From assembly GCA_963717295.1 (NCBI GenBank), contig OY970330.1, positions 7,932,822 to 7,996,821 of the forward strand: 64,000 nucleotides of DNA, in the 5' to 3' direction. The notes below the pieces were generated by a model, which saw only the letters and a list, made by a program, of their open reading frames with translations, had not been told where the DNA came from and made no database searches. Origin of the DNA: Thermoanaerobaculaceae bacterium (GTDB taxonomy: Bacteria; Acidobacteriota; Thermoanaerobaculia; Multivoradales; UBA5704). Position numbers and translations under genes: made by a program. Positions 8,021 through 20,154 of the stretch are shown here, one piece after another; positions within the stretch are counted from its first letter, which is position 1, and each line of letters opens with the position of its first letter.

Positions 8021-10225
8021 TCACGGCTCGCCGGCAGGTCCGGCGAGCCGTTCCGCCAGCCGCGTAAAGCGCGCCCGCACCCGCCGGTTTCCCACCGCGA
8101 TCCTCAGCGCCTTCTCCTCTCCCACCAGCACGGCCAGCCGCTTCGCCCGGGTCAGGGCGGTGTAGAGCAGGTTGCGCTGCAGCATCACGTAGTGCGTCGA
8201 GTGCAGGGGGATCACGACGCAGGGGTACTCGCTGCCCTGCGACTTGTGGATCGAGCAGGCGTAGGCGAGGACGAGCTCGTCGAGCGAGCCGTGATCGTAG
8301 ATCACCTCGCGGCCGTCGAGCGCCACGGTCACCAGCTGGTCGACCTCGTCGATGGCCACGATGCGCCCGATGTCGCCGTTGAAGACCTCCAGGTCGTAGT
8401 TGTTCCGCACTTGCATCACCTTGTCGCCCACCCGCAGCGTCTGGCCGCCGCGGGTGATCTCGACCCCCGAGGGATTTAGCAGGTCGCGCAGCACGGCGTT
8501 CAGGTTCTCGGTGCCCAGGGGGCCGCGGTTCATGGGAGTGAGCACCTGGATCTGTTCCACGGGATCGAGGCCGAACTTTGCGGGAATGCGGCGGGCGACG
8601 AGCTGGGCGAGCGTCTCCACCAGCTCCTCGGGCTGGGCGCGCTCGATGAAGAAGAAGTCGCCGTCGCTGTCCACCGACTCCAGGATGGGCATCAGCCCCT
8701 GGTTGACCCGGTGGGCGTTGACCACGATCAGGCTGCGCTCGGCCTGGCGGAAGATCTCGGTGAGGCGCACGACCTCGATCGAGTCCGAGCGGATGAGGTC
8801 GGCGAGCACCCGGCCCGGCCCCACCGAGGGGAGCTGGTCGACGTCGCCGACGAGGATCAGGCGGCCGTGGTCCGGCACCGCCCGCAGCACGTGGTTGGCG
8901 AGGACGGTGTCGAGCATCGAGGCCTCGTCCACGATCAGCAGGTCGCAGGAGAGCGGATGATCGCGGTTGCGCTGGAACTGGCGGGTCTTCGGGTCGATCT
9001 CCAGCAGGCGGTGGAGGGTCGTGGCCTCGGAGCCCGTGGCCTCGGCGAGGCGCTTGGCGGCGCGGCCGGTGGGAGCGGCGAGCAGCACCTTCTGGCGCTT
9101 CTTTTCGAGGATCTTCACCAGCCCACGCACCAGCGTGGTCTTGCCGGTGCCGGGGCCGCCGGTGATCACCAGAACCTTGCGGGTGAGGCCGGCGCGCACG
9201 GCCTGGCGCTGCTGGCGGGCGAGCTCGATCGTCTCGCTCTTCTCGAACCAGTCGAGGGCGCGGTCGACGTCGATCTCCAGCGGCAAAGGCGGCTGGATGA
9301 GCAGGGCCCGCAGCCGCGCCGCGACACCGGTCTCGGCGGTGTGGAGGGACCTGAGGAAGACCGCTTGATCCTCTGGCGCGTCCAACGGTTCCAGAACGAT
9401 CTGCTCGGTGTCCGCCAGCGCCGCGAGGGCTTGGTCCACCAGGGCGGCCGGGGCTTCCAGCAGCTTCTCGGCCTCCTCCAGCAGGGTCTTTCTCGGCAGG
9501 TAGACGTGTCCGCGGTCCCCGGCCTGGCCCAGCAGGTAGAGCGAGCCCGCCTCGATGCGCTGCGGCGCCGTGGGCGGAATGCCGAGGGCGGCGGCGATCT
9601 TGTCCGCCGACTTGAAGCCGATGCCGTGGATGTCCGTCGCCAGCCGGTAGGGGTTCTCCCGCACCAGCTCGGTGGCATGGGCGCCGTAGGCCTTGTAGAT
9701 CTTGATCGCGTAGTGGGTGGAGACGCCGTGCGACTGGAGGAAGATCATCACCTCCTTGATCTCCCGCTGCTCCTCCCAGGCGCGCAGGATGTCGCGGCTG
9801 CGCTTGGGGCCGATCCCCTCGACCTCGACCAGCCGCTCCGGCCGGTTCTCGATGACGTCGAGCGTCTCCAGGCCGAAGGTCGCCACCAGCCGCGAGGCCA
9901 TGACCTTGCCGATGCCGCGGATCAACCCGGACCCCAGGTACTTCTCGATCCCCCCCACCGTCGCCGGCGTCACCGTGGCGTAGGAGGCGACCTTGAACTG
10001 CTTGCCGTACTTCGGGTCCTGGATCCAGATGCCGGTGAGCCGCAGGTTCTCGCCGGGCTGCACTCCCAGGAGGTTGCCGACCGCCGTCACCAGGTCGCGC
10101 TGGCCGGGCACGGTGAGGCGCGCCACCGTCCAGGCGTTCTCCTCGTTGCTGAAGACGATCCGCTCCAGGACCCCTTCGACGGTGGTCTGGGAGCTGGGCG
10201 GCTTGGGATCGAAGGGAAGAGTCAT
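8021..10225 (-). CDS. recD2: ATP-dependent RecD-like DNA helicase RecD2
   Basis: 734 aa. N-terminal OB/HhH region, Walker A VITGGPGTGKTT, Walker B LLIVDEASM, C-terminal SH3-like region VGDKVMQVRNNYD..VFNGDIG and helicase motif VI. The 918-aa ORF 7806..10562 overlapping it is an artifact. Confidence 0.9.
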   Translation of the reverse strand: MTLPFDPKPPSSQTTVEGVLERIVFSNEENAWTVARLTVPGQRDLVTAVGNLLGVQPGENLRLTGIWIQDPKYGKQFKVASYATVTPATVGGIEKYLGSGLIRGIGKVMASRLVATFGLETLDVIENRPERLVEVEGIGPKRSRDILRAWEEQREIKEVMIFLQSHGVSTHYAIKIYKAYGAHATELVRENPYRLATDIHGIGFKSADKIAAALGIPPTAPQRIEAGSLYLLGQAGDRGHVYLPRKTLLEEAEKLLEAPAALVDQALAALADTEQIVLEPLDAPEDQAVFLRSLHTAETGVAARLRALLIQPPLPLEIDVDRALDWFEKSETIELARQQRQAVRAGLTRKVLVITGGPGTGKTTLVRGLVKILEKKRQKVLLAAPTGRAAKRLAEATGSEATTLHRLLEIDPKTRQFQRNRDHPLSCDLLIVDEASMLDTVLANHVLRAVPDHGRLILVGDVDQLPSVGPGRVLADLIRSDSIEVVRLTEIFRQAERSLIVVNAHRVNQGLMPILESVDSDGDFFFIERAQPEELVETLAQLVARRIPAKFGLDPVEQIQVLTPMNRGPLGTENLNAVLRDLLNPSGVEITRGGQTLRVGDKVMQVRNNYDLEVFNGDIGRIVAIDEVDQLVTVALDGREVIYDHGSLDELVLAYACSIHKSQGSEYPCVVIPLHSTHYVMLQRNLLYTALTRAKRLAVLVGEEKALRIAVGNRRVRARFTRLAERLAGPAGEP
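8022..8054. repeat. 33-bp hairpin direct repeat, copy B (encodes RecD2 C-terminus ...RLAGPAGEP and likely its terminator)
   Basis: Matches copy A at 6193-6225. Confidence 0.75.
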
Positions 10226-10314
10226 ATCCGCGGGAGGGGATCAGTTTATGACAGATGGCGACTTCCGGGCTCGCACCCCCATCCCGGTCCCGATTGTGCC
10301 AAAATGACCGCCTC

Positions 10315-11703
<1,389 letters not shown>

Positions 11704-11724
11704 GGAAGACGGAGGAGCGAGCTC

Positions 11725-11940
11725 ATGGAGCTTCACACGGCGGTGATGATCCACAACGGGGTCATGGGAATGAAGGGCCAGCGGGGCGTTCTCTTGCAGA
11801 TCAGCTCGGACGGCTATTACGAGATCAACTGCACCTTCGGCGAGCGGGTGCACCGCACGCTGCTGCCGATCGACGGCACGGTGCTCATCAGCCTCGAGCC
11901 CGAGGAGCCCACCCGCGCCGATCAGGAGATCGAGCGCTGA
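11725..11940 (+). CDS. small hypothetical protein (71 aa), translationally coupled to pdxJ
   Basis: RBS GGAGGAG upstream. Its stop TGA overlaps the pdxJ ATG (ATGA). No recognised motif. Confidence 0.4.
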   Translation: MELHTAVMIHNGVMGMKGQRGVLLQISSDGYYEINCTFGERVHRTLLPIDGTVLISLEPEEPTRADQEIER

Positions 11941-12716
11941 TGGCCGCGAAGGGCAAGCGCCAGGGCGTCCGCCTCTCGGTCAACGTCGATCACGTCGCGA
12001 CGCTGCGGCAGGCGCGCAAGGCCCCGTATCCCGACCCCGTGGAGGCGGCCCGCATCGCCGAGGACGCGGGCGCTTCCGGCATCACCGTCCATCTGCGGGT
12101 GGACCGCCGTCACATCCAGGACGCGGACGTGGAGCGGCTGCGCGTCAGCGTGCGCGGCAAGCTCAACCTGGAGATGTCCACTTCCGAGGAGATGTTGAAG
12201 GTGGCCTTGAAGACCCGGCCGCACCAGGTGACCCTGGTCGCGGAGCGGCCCGAGGAGGTGACGACGGAAGGCGGCCTCAACCTGATCCTCTATGGCCGGC
12301 GGATCGTCGATGTCGCGGACAGCCTCGCGGCGGCGGGGATCGCCGTCTCGCTGTTCGTCGATCCGGACCCCCGCCAGATCCAGGCGCTCGGCCCTCTTCA
12401 GGAGCACGGCGTCACCGGCTTCGAGATCAATACTGACGCCTACACCCGCGCCACCCTGGCCGCGGCCTCCACGGCGCCGGAGGCGGTCCAGGATCATCTG
12501 CGGCAGATCGCCGAGGCGGTGGAGCAGGGCAGGGCGTTGGGATTGAAGGCCTACGCCGGGCACGGCCTCACGACGGACAACGTCGGTCCCGTTGCCGCGA
12601 TCGCCGGCATGGAAGAGCTGAACATCGGCCACGCCCTCATCGCCCGCGCGGTGATCGTGGGCCTGGAGGCCGCGGTGCGGGAGATGCTGGCGGCGATGTC
12701 AACTGGCACGTCGTAA
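11940..12716 (+). CDS. pdxJ: pyridoxine 5'-phosphate synthase
   Basis: LSVNVDHVATLRQAR...ITVHLRVDRRHI...GHGL, the PdxJ TIM-barrel pattern. Confidence 0.9.
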   Translation: MAAKGKRQGVRLSVNVDHVATLRQARKAPYPDPVEAARIAEDAGASGITVHLRVDRRHIQDADVERLRVSVRGKLNLEMSTSEEMLKVALKTRPHQVTLVAERPEEVTTEGGLNLILYGRRIVDVADSLAAAGIAVSLFVDPDPRQIQALGPLQEHGVTGFEINTDAYTRATLAAASTAPEAVQDHLRQIAEAVEQGRALGLKAYAGHGLTTDNVGPVAAIAGMEELNIGHALIARAVIVGLEAAVREMLAAMSTGTS

Positions 12717-13070
12717 AGGAGGCCAGGGAACCGCGCGCTCCAACTCATCCAGGAGGCGTTGGACGTGCTCGGGATCCATAGGGTTTTCCAATTCCGAGCG
12801 TTGCAAGGCCATCCCGGAAAGCTCGCCGGTGTAAAAGCGGATTGTCTCGCGGTCGAGCTGGTCGATTCGCCGGCCTTCGTGAGCCTCAATCTCCTCCAGC
12901 CAGCGGCAGGCGAGCTCCTGCTCCTCAAGACTCGGCTCGCTGGAAGAGCCCGCCAGGAGTGGGTGCTTGCGGAGATCTTCCGGGGTGAACCAGTGCTCCA
13001 GCGCAATCCGGGTGTAGTAGGTCACGTTCATCAACTGCTCGGAGCTGAGTGTGGCCGCAGCGTCAAACAT
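12699..13070 (-). CDS. hypothetical protein (123 aa)
   Basis: ORF with protein-like composition. Convergent with pdxJ, 3' ends overlapping by 18 bp. Second gene of a 2-gene minus-strand unit. Confidence 0.4.
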   Translation of the reverse strand: MFDAAATLSSEQLMNVTYYTRIALEHWFTPEDLRKHPLLAGSSSEPSLEEQELACRWLEEIEAHEGRRIDQLDRETIRFYTGELSGMALQRSELENPMDPEHVQRLLDELERAVPWPPLRRAS

Positions 13071-13073
13071 CCA

Positions 13074-13568
13074 TCACCTCCAAGTCCAGTCTAGCACGTC
13101 GAAGTGCGACCGCGGCAGGCGGGCGATTCTGTATTCCCGCGAAAACGGATGGGCCCGCTCGGAGATGGGCACCTCTTCGACCCGCTCCGCGACTCCTTGA
13201 AACGGAATGACGAAGAGGAGAGGCCGGAAGGATTCCAGTGGAGCCTTTGAAACGATCTTTTCGAGCTCCCGGTGCTGCTTCGCCGAGATCACGCCGTCGG
13301 CTCGCTTCGCGGCCAGCCCGCTCTTGATCCCACTCCGGTTGTTGCGGATTGCCGCGCTGTGACGGTCCTGACGCTGCACGTCGTCCAGGTACGTCCGGCA
13401 GATGTCGCAGGGAGTCGAGGACGGCGGGGCTTGATTGTCTAGCGCCGAAGTCGCGCCGGCGTTGAAAAAGGGGCTGCACCAGACGTAATGGATCTGTCCG
13501 TAGAAATGCTCGTTGATCCGGTACGCCATCAGTGTATTCACCGAATACAGGACCAGTGGATCGGTCAT
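13074..13568 (-). CDS. hypothetical protein (about 165 aa)
   Basis: ORF starting at MTDPLVLYS. Several Cys (CSPFF, CDIC). Stop 4 nt before the start of the next gene. Function unknown. Confidence 0.4.
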   Translation of the reverse strand: MTDPLVLYSVNTLMAYRINEHFYGQIHYVWCSPFFNAGATSALDNQAPPSSTPCDICRTYLDDVQRQDRHSAAIRNNRSGIKSGLAAKRADGVISAKQHRELEKIVSKAPLESFRPLLFVIPFQGVAERVEEVPISERAHPFSREYRIARLPRSHFDVLDWTWR

Positions 13569-13639
13569 TGGGCTCCGTTCGCCGGAAGAAATGTCGAAGG
13601 AGCACAATTTATCCCAGCCGTCCCGATCCCTGCAAGCCT

Positions 13640-15016
13640 CTACCCCGCCCCCAGCTCCCCGCGAATCGCCGTCGCCAGCTCGGCGGCCAGCTCATCGATC
13701 AGCTCCTGCTCGGGGCCCTCGATCATGATGCGGGCTAGGGGCTCGGTGCCGCTGTAGCGCAGGACGAGCCGGCCGTCGTCGCCGAGGCGCTGCTCCACCT
13801 TTCGGGCGGCGGCGGTTACGGCGGGCAGGGTGTCGAACGGCTGCTTCCTCGCCACCCGCACGTTGAGCAGCACCTGGGGGTAGCGCCGGAACGGCGCCAG
13901 CATCGCCGAGAGCGGCCGGCCGTCCTGGTGCCGCAGCCAGGCGATCTGGAGGGCCGTGAGCAGGCCGTCGCCGGTGCTCGCCAGGGCGCGCTGCACGATG
14001 TGGCCGGACTGCTCGCCGCCGAGCAGGATACCCTCCCGGCGCATCGCCTCCACCACGTAGCGGTCGCCCACGTCGCAGCGTACGAGGCCGATACCCTCGG
14101 CGGCCAGGGCTTTCTCCAGCCCGAGATTGCTCATCGAGGTCGCCACGATCCGCGGCGGCTGGAGCCGGCCGGAGCGGTGCAGGCAGGTGGCCCAGAGGTA
14201 GAGCATGGCGTCGCCGTCGCGCACCTCGCCGCGCTCGTCGGCGAGGATGCAGCGGTCGGCGTCGCCGTCGAAGGCGGCGCCGAGATCCGCGCCCTCGGCC
14301 GCCACTTGGGCCGCCATCTCGGCCGGCGCCGTCGAGCCGCACGCCTCGTTGACGTTGCGCCCGTTCGGCTCGGCGTGGAGCAGGACGACCCGCGCCCCCA
14401 GACGCTCGAAGAGCTCGCCCGCGTAGCCGGAGGCCGCGCCGTTGCCGGCGTCGAGCACCACCCGCAGGCCGGCGAGCGGGTTCTCGCCGGGGAGGGTCGA
14501 GGCCAGGTGGCGCAGGTATCTCTCCCGCAGCTCCGGCTCCACGGCCAGCGCTTCGGGCGGAATCTCAGGGACGGGAGATGTCGGTTGGCCCAGGAGGTCT
14601 TCGAGCGCCGCCTCGTCCTCGTCGCTCCACTTGAAGCCCTCGGGGTCGACGAGCTTGATGCCGTTGTCCGGCCAGGGGTTGTGGCTCGCCGAGACGATGA
14701 CGCCCGCGGCGCATCCAAGCTCGTGGGTGAGCCAGGCCACCCCAGGCGTCGGGATGACGCCCGCGTAGCGCAGCTCGACTCCGGCGGCCAGCAGGCCGGC
14801 GGCGAGCCAGAGGCAGATCTCGGGCGTGCTCTCGCGGGTGTCGCCTCCCAGCACCACCTGCGGCCGCCCATCCTTTCCCTGAGAGCGCTGCCGTAGCGTC
14901 GCGGCCAGGTGAAAGGCGAGGGCGGTCACCGTCTCGCGGTCGAGAGGGGGCTCGCCGAAATGGCCGCGGATGCCATCGGTGCCGAAGAGTCGCTGGGGTT
15001 TGGGGGTGGAGATCAA
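13640..15016 (-). CDS. glmM: phosphoglucosamine mutase
   Basis: FGTDGIRG, phosphoserine loop SASHNP, and the remaining PGM/PMM fold motifs. Confidence 0.9.
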   Translation of the reverse strand: MISTPKPQRLFGTDGIRGHFGEPPLDRETVTALAFHLAATLRQRSQGKDGRPQVVLGGDTRESTPEICLWLAAGLLAAGVELRYAGVIPTPGVAWLTHELGCAAGVIVSASHNPWPDNGIKLVDPEGFKWSDEDEAALEDLLGQPTSPVPEIPPEALAVEPELRERYLRHLASTLPGENPLAGLRVVLDAGNGAASGYAGELFERLGARVVLLHAEPNGRNVNEACGSTAPAEMAAQVAAEGADLGAAFDGDADRCILADERGEVRDGDAMLYLWATCLHRSGRLQPPRIVATSMSNLGLEKALAAEGIGLVRCDVGDRYVVEAMRREGILLGGEQSGHIVQRALASTGDGLLTALQIAWLRHQDGRPLSAMLAPFRRYPQVLLNVRVARKQPFDTLPAVTAAARKVEQRLGDDGRLVLRYSGTEPLARIMIEGPEQELIDELAAELATAIRGELGAG

Positions 15017-15720
15017 CGGGGGTCCTTTCGCGGTTTGACCTTCAAATCCTTGGGCTTCGGCTCGTCGGGCATGGTCATCGGGATCTTGACCGTCACCTTG
15101 GTGGGCTGCACGATCTGGATCAGGGGATCGGGCGCGACCATCGGCACCGACTGCTCGAAGGTGATCGCCCGGCCGTCCAGGCTGATGGGGATCGTGGAGA
15201 GGTGATCGATGCGGGAGATCATGGAGTCCGGCCCCGTCACCAGCACCTGGCTGGGGAAGATCTCCGGCTCGCCGACCATGGCCCCCGCCGCCGGCTCGCC
15301 GGTGAGCTTCGCCACCACCGGCACGCGCTGGGTGATCTCCTTCTCGAGCTCCACCCGGATGCTGGAGGGCTCGATGGAGACCACCTCCAGGCCCTCCGGC
15401 GCAGTGACGCTCTCGGGGCCGAGATTGATGGTGACCATCCCCTCCTGGCGCTGCGACAGCTCTACCGTCACGTCCACCGTCTGCGGATTGAGCCTGCGGA
15501 TGGCCTTTTTGTTGCCGGAGAGCCGCACGTTCACGCTCGACACCGGGTTGATGATCATGAACCCCTGGGGGTGGTTGTAGCTGACGCTGGCCTCGACCAG
15601 CCGCTCGCTGGACGCCAGGCGGTCCTGCAGCGAGGCGTTGAACCAGATGCCGAGGGCGATGCCCAGGGCCAGCAGGCGCAGGCCCCAGGTGCGGGCCGTC
15701 TCGCGGGACTCCTCGTTCAT
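15013..15720 (-). CDS. cdaR: YbbR-domain regulator of diadenylate cyclase (CdaR-like)
   Basis: N-terminal TM then repeated YbbR-like beta domains. Position between cdaA and glmM is the canonical operon order. Confidence 0.7.
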   Translation of the reverse strand: MNEESRETARTWGLRLLALGIALGIWFNASLQDRLASSERLVEASVSYNHPQGFMIINPVSSVNVRLSGNKKAIRRLNPQTVDVTVELSQRQEGMVTINLGPESVTAPEGLEVVSIEPSSIRVELEKEITQRVPVVAKLTGEPAAGAMVGEPEIFPSQVLVTGPDSMISRIDHLSTIPISLDGRAITFEQSVPMVAPDPLIQIVQPTKVTVKIPMTMPDEPKPKDLKVKPRKDPR

Positions 15721-16532
15721 TGGCCCCCCCGCTGCACGCTCAAGGTCAGCAGGTGCTCATAGAGAGCGTTGCGCAGGCCGTGGCTGTCGAGGTCGCGGAT
15801 CATCGCGCCGTCGAAGGCCACGGAGATGATCCCCGTCTCCTCCGAGACCACCACGGCCACCGCGTCCGTCTCCTCGGTGAGGCCGAGGGCGGCACGGTGG
15901 CGGGTGCCGAACTCCTTCGACAGCTCGGGGTTGGGGGTCAGAGGCAGGAAGCAGGCCGCGGCGGCGAGACGGTCGGCCTGGATGATGACCGCGCCGTCGT
16001 GCAGCGGCGTGTCCGGCTGGAAGATGTTGATCAGCAGGTCGTAGGAGACCACGGCGTCCAGGGAGATGCCGTTCTCGATGTAGTTGCGCAAGCCGTGCAG
16101 GCGCTCGATGACGATGAGCGCGCCGGTGCGCCGGGCCGACAGCGTCGTGGCGGCGAGCACGATCTCGCTGAACGACGCCACCACCTTCGTCTGCTTGGCG
16201 AGCCCCCACAGCGGGTTGCGCCCGAAGCTCACGAGCGCGCGGCGGATCTCCTGCTGAAACAGCACGATGACGGCGAACGGCAGCACGATCAGCAGGTTCT
16301 CCAGGATCTTCTGCAGGGTGGGCAGCTCGGCGAGGATCGCCCCGTAGTACACCAGCCCCAGGAAGAAGAGGCCGAGCAGCATCTGCACCGCCCGCGTGCC
16401 GCGGATGAGCAGCAGCAGGTTGTAAATGATGAGGGAGACGGCCAGCACGTCGACGGCGTCGCGCCAGGTGAGGATCTCCAGGAAGCGCAGGAGGGTCACG
16501 ATGCGTCTCCTTGCCGCGCGATCGCCTGCCAC
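15717..16532 (-). CDS. cdaA: diadenylate cyclase CdaA (DisA_N/DAC domain)
   Basis: Three N-terminal TM helices then DAC motifs LHDGAVII and [14 protein letters not shown]. The start may instead be a downstream GTG (~16499) because the ATG at 16532 overlaps folP. Confidence 0.85.
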   Translation of the reverse strand: MAGDRAARRRIVTLLRFLEILTWRDAVDVLAVSLIIYNLLLLIRGTRAVQMLLGLFFLGLVYYGAILAELPTLQKILENLLIVLPFAVIVLFQQEIRRALVSFGRNPLWGLAKQTKVVASFSEIVLAATTLSARRTGALIVIERLHGLRNYIENGISLDAVVSYDLLINIFQPDTPLHDGAVIIQADRLAAAACFLPLTPNPELSKEFGTRHRAALGLTEETDAVAVVVSEETGIISVAFDGAMIRDLDSHGLRNALYEHLLTLSVQRGGQ

Positions 16533-17461
16533 ACGTCCAGGAGCTGCACCGTCTCCGCCACGTCGTGCACCCGCACGACGGCGGCCCCGAGCGCCGCGGC
16601 CCAGGCCACGGCCGCGAGGCTGCCGCCCAGCCGGCGGTCCGGCGGGGCGAGGCCGGCGATATCGGAGTTACCGGCGCCGGGCCTCTGCGCCGCCCGGGCG
16701 AGAAAGCTCTTGCGGCTGGCCCCCACCAGGAGCGGCCGGCCGAGCGCCGCCAGCTCCGGCAGGCGGCGGATCAACGCCAGGTTTTGCTCCCAGGTCTTGC
16801 CGAAACCGAGGCCGGGGTCGAGCACGAGCTGCGACTCGCCGATGCCGGCGGCGGCGGCGCGCGCCATGGCCGCCGCCAGCTCCTCTCGCACCTCGGCCAG
16901 GAGGTCGGTGAAGTGGATGCCCTGCTGCATGGTGGCGAGGTCGCCGCGGCTGTGCATCAGCACCAGGGGACAGCCGGCCGCCGCCACGGCCTCTCCCAGC
17001 GTGGGGTCGGCGAGGCCGCTGATGTCGTTGATCAGGTCGGCGCCGGCGTCGAGCACGCGGCGCGCCACCTCGCCCTTGCGGGTGTCGACCGAGAGGGGGG
17101 CATCGGTGGCCCGGCGCAGCCCGTCGAGCACCGGCAGCAGGCGGGCGATCTCCTCCTCCGGCGGCACCGTGCGCGCCCCCTCGCCGTAGACGCCGCCGCC
17201 GGGGCGGGTCGACTCGGCGCCGAGGTCGAGGGCGTCGGCACCCTCGGCGAGCATCGCCAGACCGTAGTCGACGGCCCGGGCAGGATCGTTCCGGTCATGC
17301 CACAGGCCACCGTCGCTGAAGGAATCAGGGGTGAGATTGAGGATGCCCCAGACCCGCGGGCGCGCTCCCAGGGTTTCCGAGGATACCAGGGGGAGCGAGC
17401 GGCCGCGGGGCAGCCGCAAGGTCCAGGTCCGGGCGGTGTCGGGTAAGGTCGCGGTCGCCAT
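16496..17461 (-). CDS. folP: dihydropteroate synthase
   Basis: Pterin-binding barrel motifs [45 protein letters not shown]. Lies within the fused 991-aa track ORF but starts at its own ATG (MATATL). Confidence 0.85.
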   Translation of the reverse strand: MATATLPDTARTWTLRLPRGRSLPLVSSETLGARPRVWGILNLTPDSFSDGGLWHDRNDPARAVDYGLAMLAEGADALDLGAESTRPGGGVYGEGARTVPPEEEIARLLPVLDGLRRATDAPLSVDTRKGEVARRVLDAGADLINDISGLADPTLGEAVAAAGCPLVLMHSRGDLATMQQGIHFTDLLAEVREELAAAMARAAAAGIGESQLVLDPGLGFGKTWEQNLALIRRLPELAALGRPLLVGASRKSFLARAAQRPGAGNSDIAGLAPPDRRLGGSLAAVAWAAALGAAVVRVHDVAETVQLLDVWQAIARQGDAS

Positions 17462-17481
17462 CCAGTGGGTGTGGATCGACC

Positions 17482-19471
<1,990 letters not shown>

Positions 19472-19596
19472 GGCTCGGCTACCTCATTGGGCTTCGCATC
19501 TGAGCGCCCGTGGGCGCTGCTCATTCATTTTCGTCGCGATCCGGGACGAAACGTCCCTTCCTCGTGACAACCTCTCGGCCGGTGCGTTCGATTCCC

Positions 19597-20154
19597 TCAA
19601 GCGGCCCCTTCGCCCAGCCGCCCAACGTAGGGAAGATTGCCGAAGCGCCCGTCGTGCTTCAAGCCATAGCCCACCAGCAGCCCTTTGCGATGGGTGGTCA
19701 GGGCGCTGTATTGAAGGTTGAAGGCGGTCTTGCGCTCGTCGGGCATGTCGATCAGGGCCGCGAAGCGAACCTCCCGGGCGCCGTGATCGCGCAGCTGCTG
19801 CTCCAGGTACGGCTCGGTGACGCCGGAGGAGACCACGTCCTTGAGCACCAGCACGCTCTGGCCCGCGATCTCGATGGGGATCGGATACTCGATCCGCATC
19901 ACCTCCGCCTCCTCCTCCCCCTGGGCCGGGTCGGCGCGGTAGGCCACGTCGATGAGCCCGTAGCGCACCGGCTGCTCGATGGCCCGCACCAGGTCGGCGA
20001 GGAAGATCACCGAGCCGCCGAGCAGGGCGATCAGCAGCGGATCCTCGTCCCCCAGCTCGGCGGAGATCCGGCCGCCCAGGGCGGTGACGCTGGCGCGCAC
20101 CTCGGCCTCCTCGAAGAGGATCTCTATACCCGCTTGCGGAATGTCTACTGTCAT
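19597..20154 (-). CDS. hpt: hypoxanthine phosphoribosyltransferase
   Basis: PRPP-binding motif VLVLKDVVSSGVT and the HPRT fold. Start MTVDIPQAG overlaps the tilS stop. Confidence 0.85.
   Translation of the reverse strand: MTVDIPQAGIEILFEEAEVRASVTALGGRISAELGDEDPLLIALLGGSVIFLADLVRAIEQPVRYGLIDVAYRADPAQGEEEAEVMRIEYPIPIEIAGQSVLVLKDVVSSGVTEPYLEQQLRDHGAREVRFAALIDMPDERKTAFNLQYSALTTHRKGLLVGYGLKHDGRFGNLPYVGRLGEGAA

Noticed and set aside
7301-8165. Multiple overlapping ORFs on both strands within the tandem repeat array (for example 7301..7684, 7557..8165, 7566..7790, 7711..7941)
   Set aside because: They arise from stop-poor GC-rich repeats. The unit length (124) is not a multiple of 3 and every frame is open on both strands. 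They are not protein-coding.
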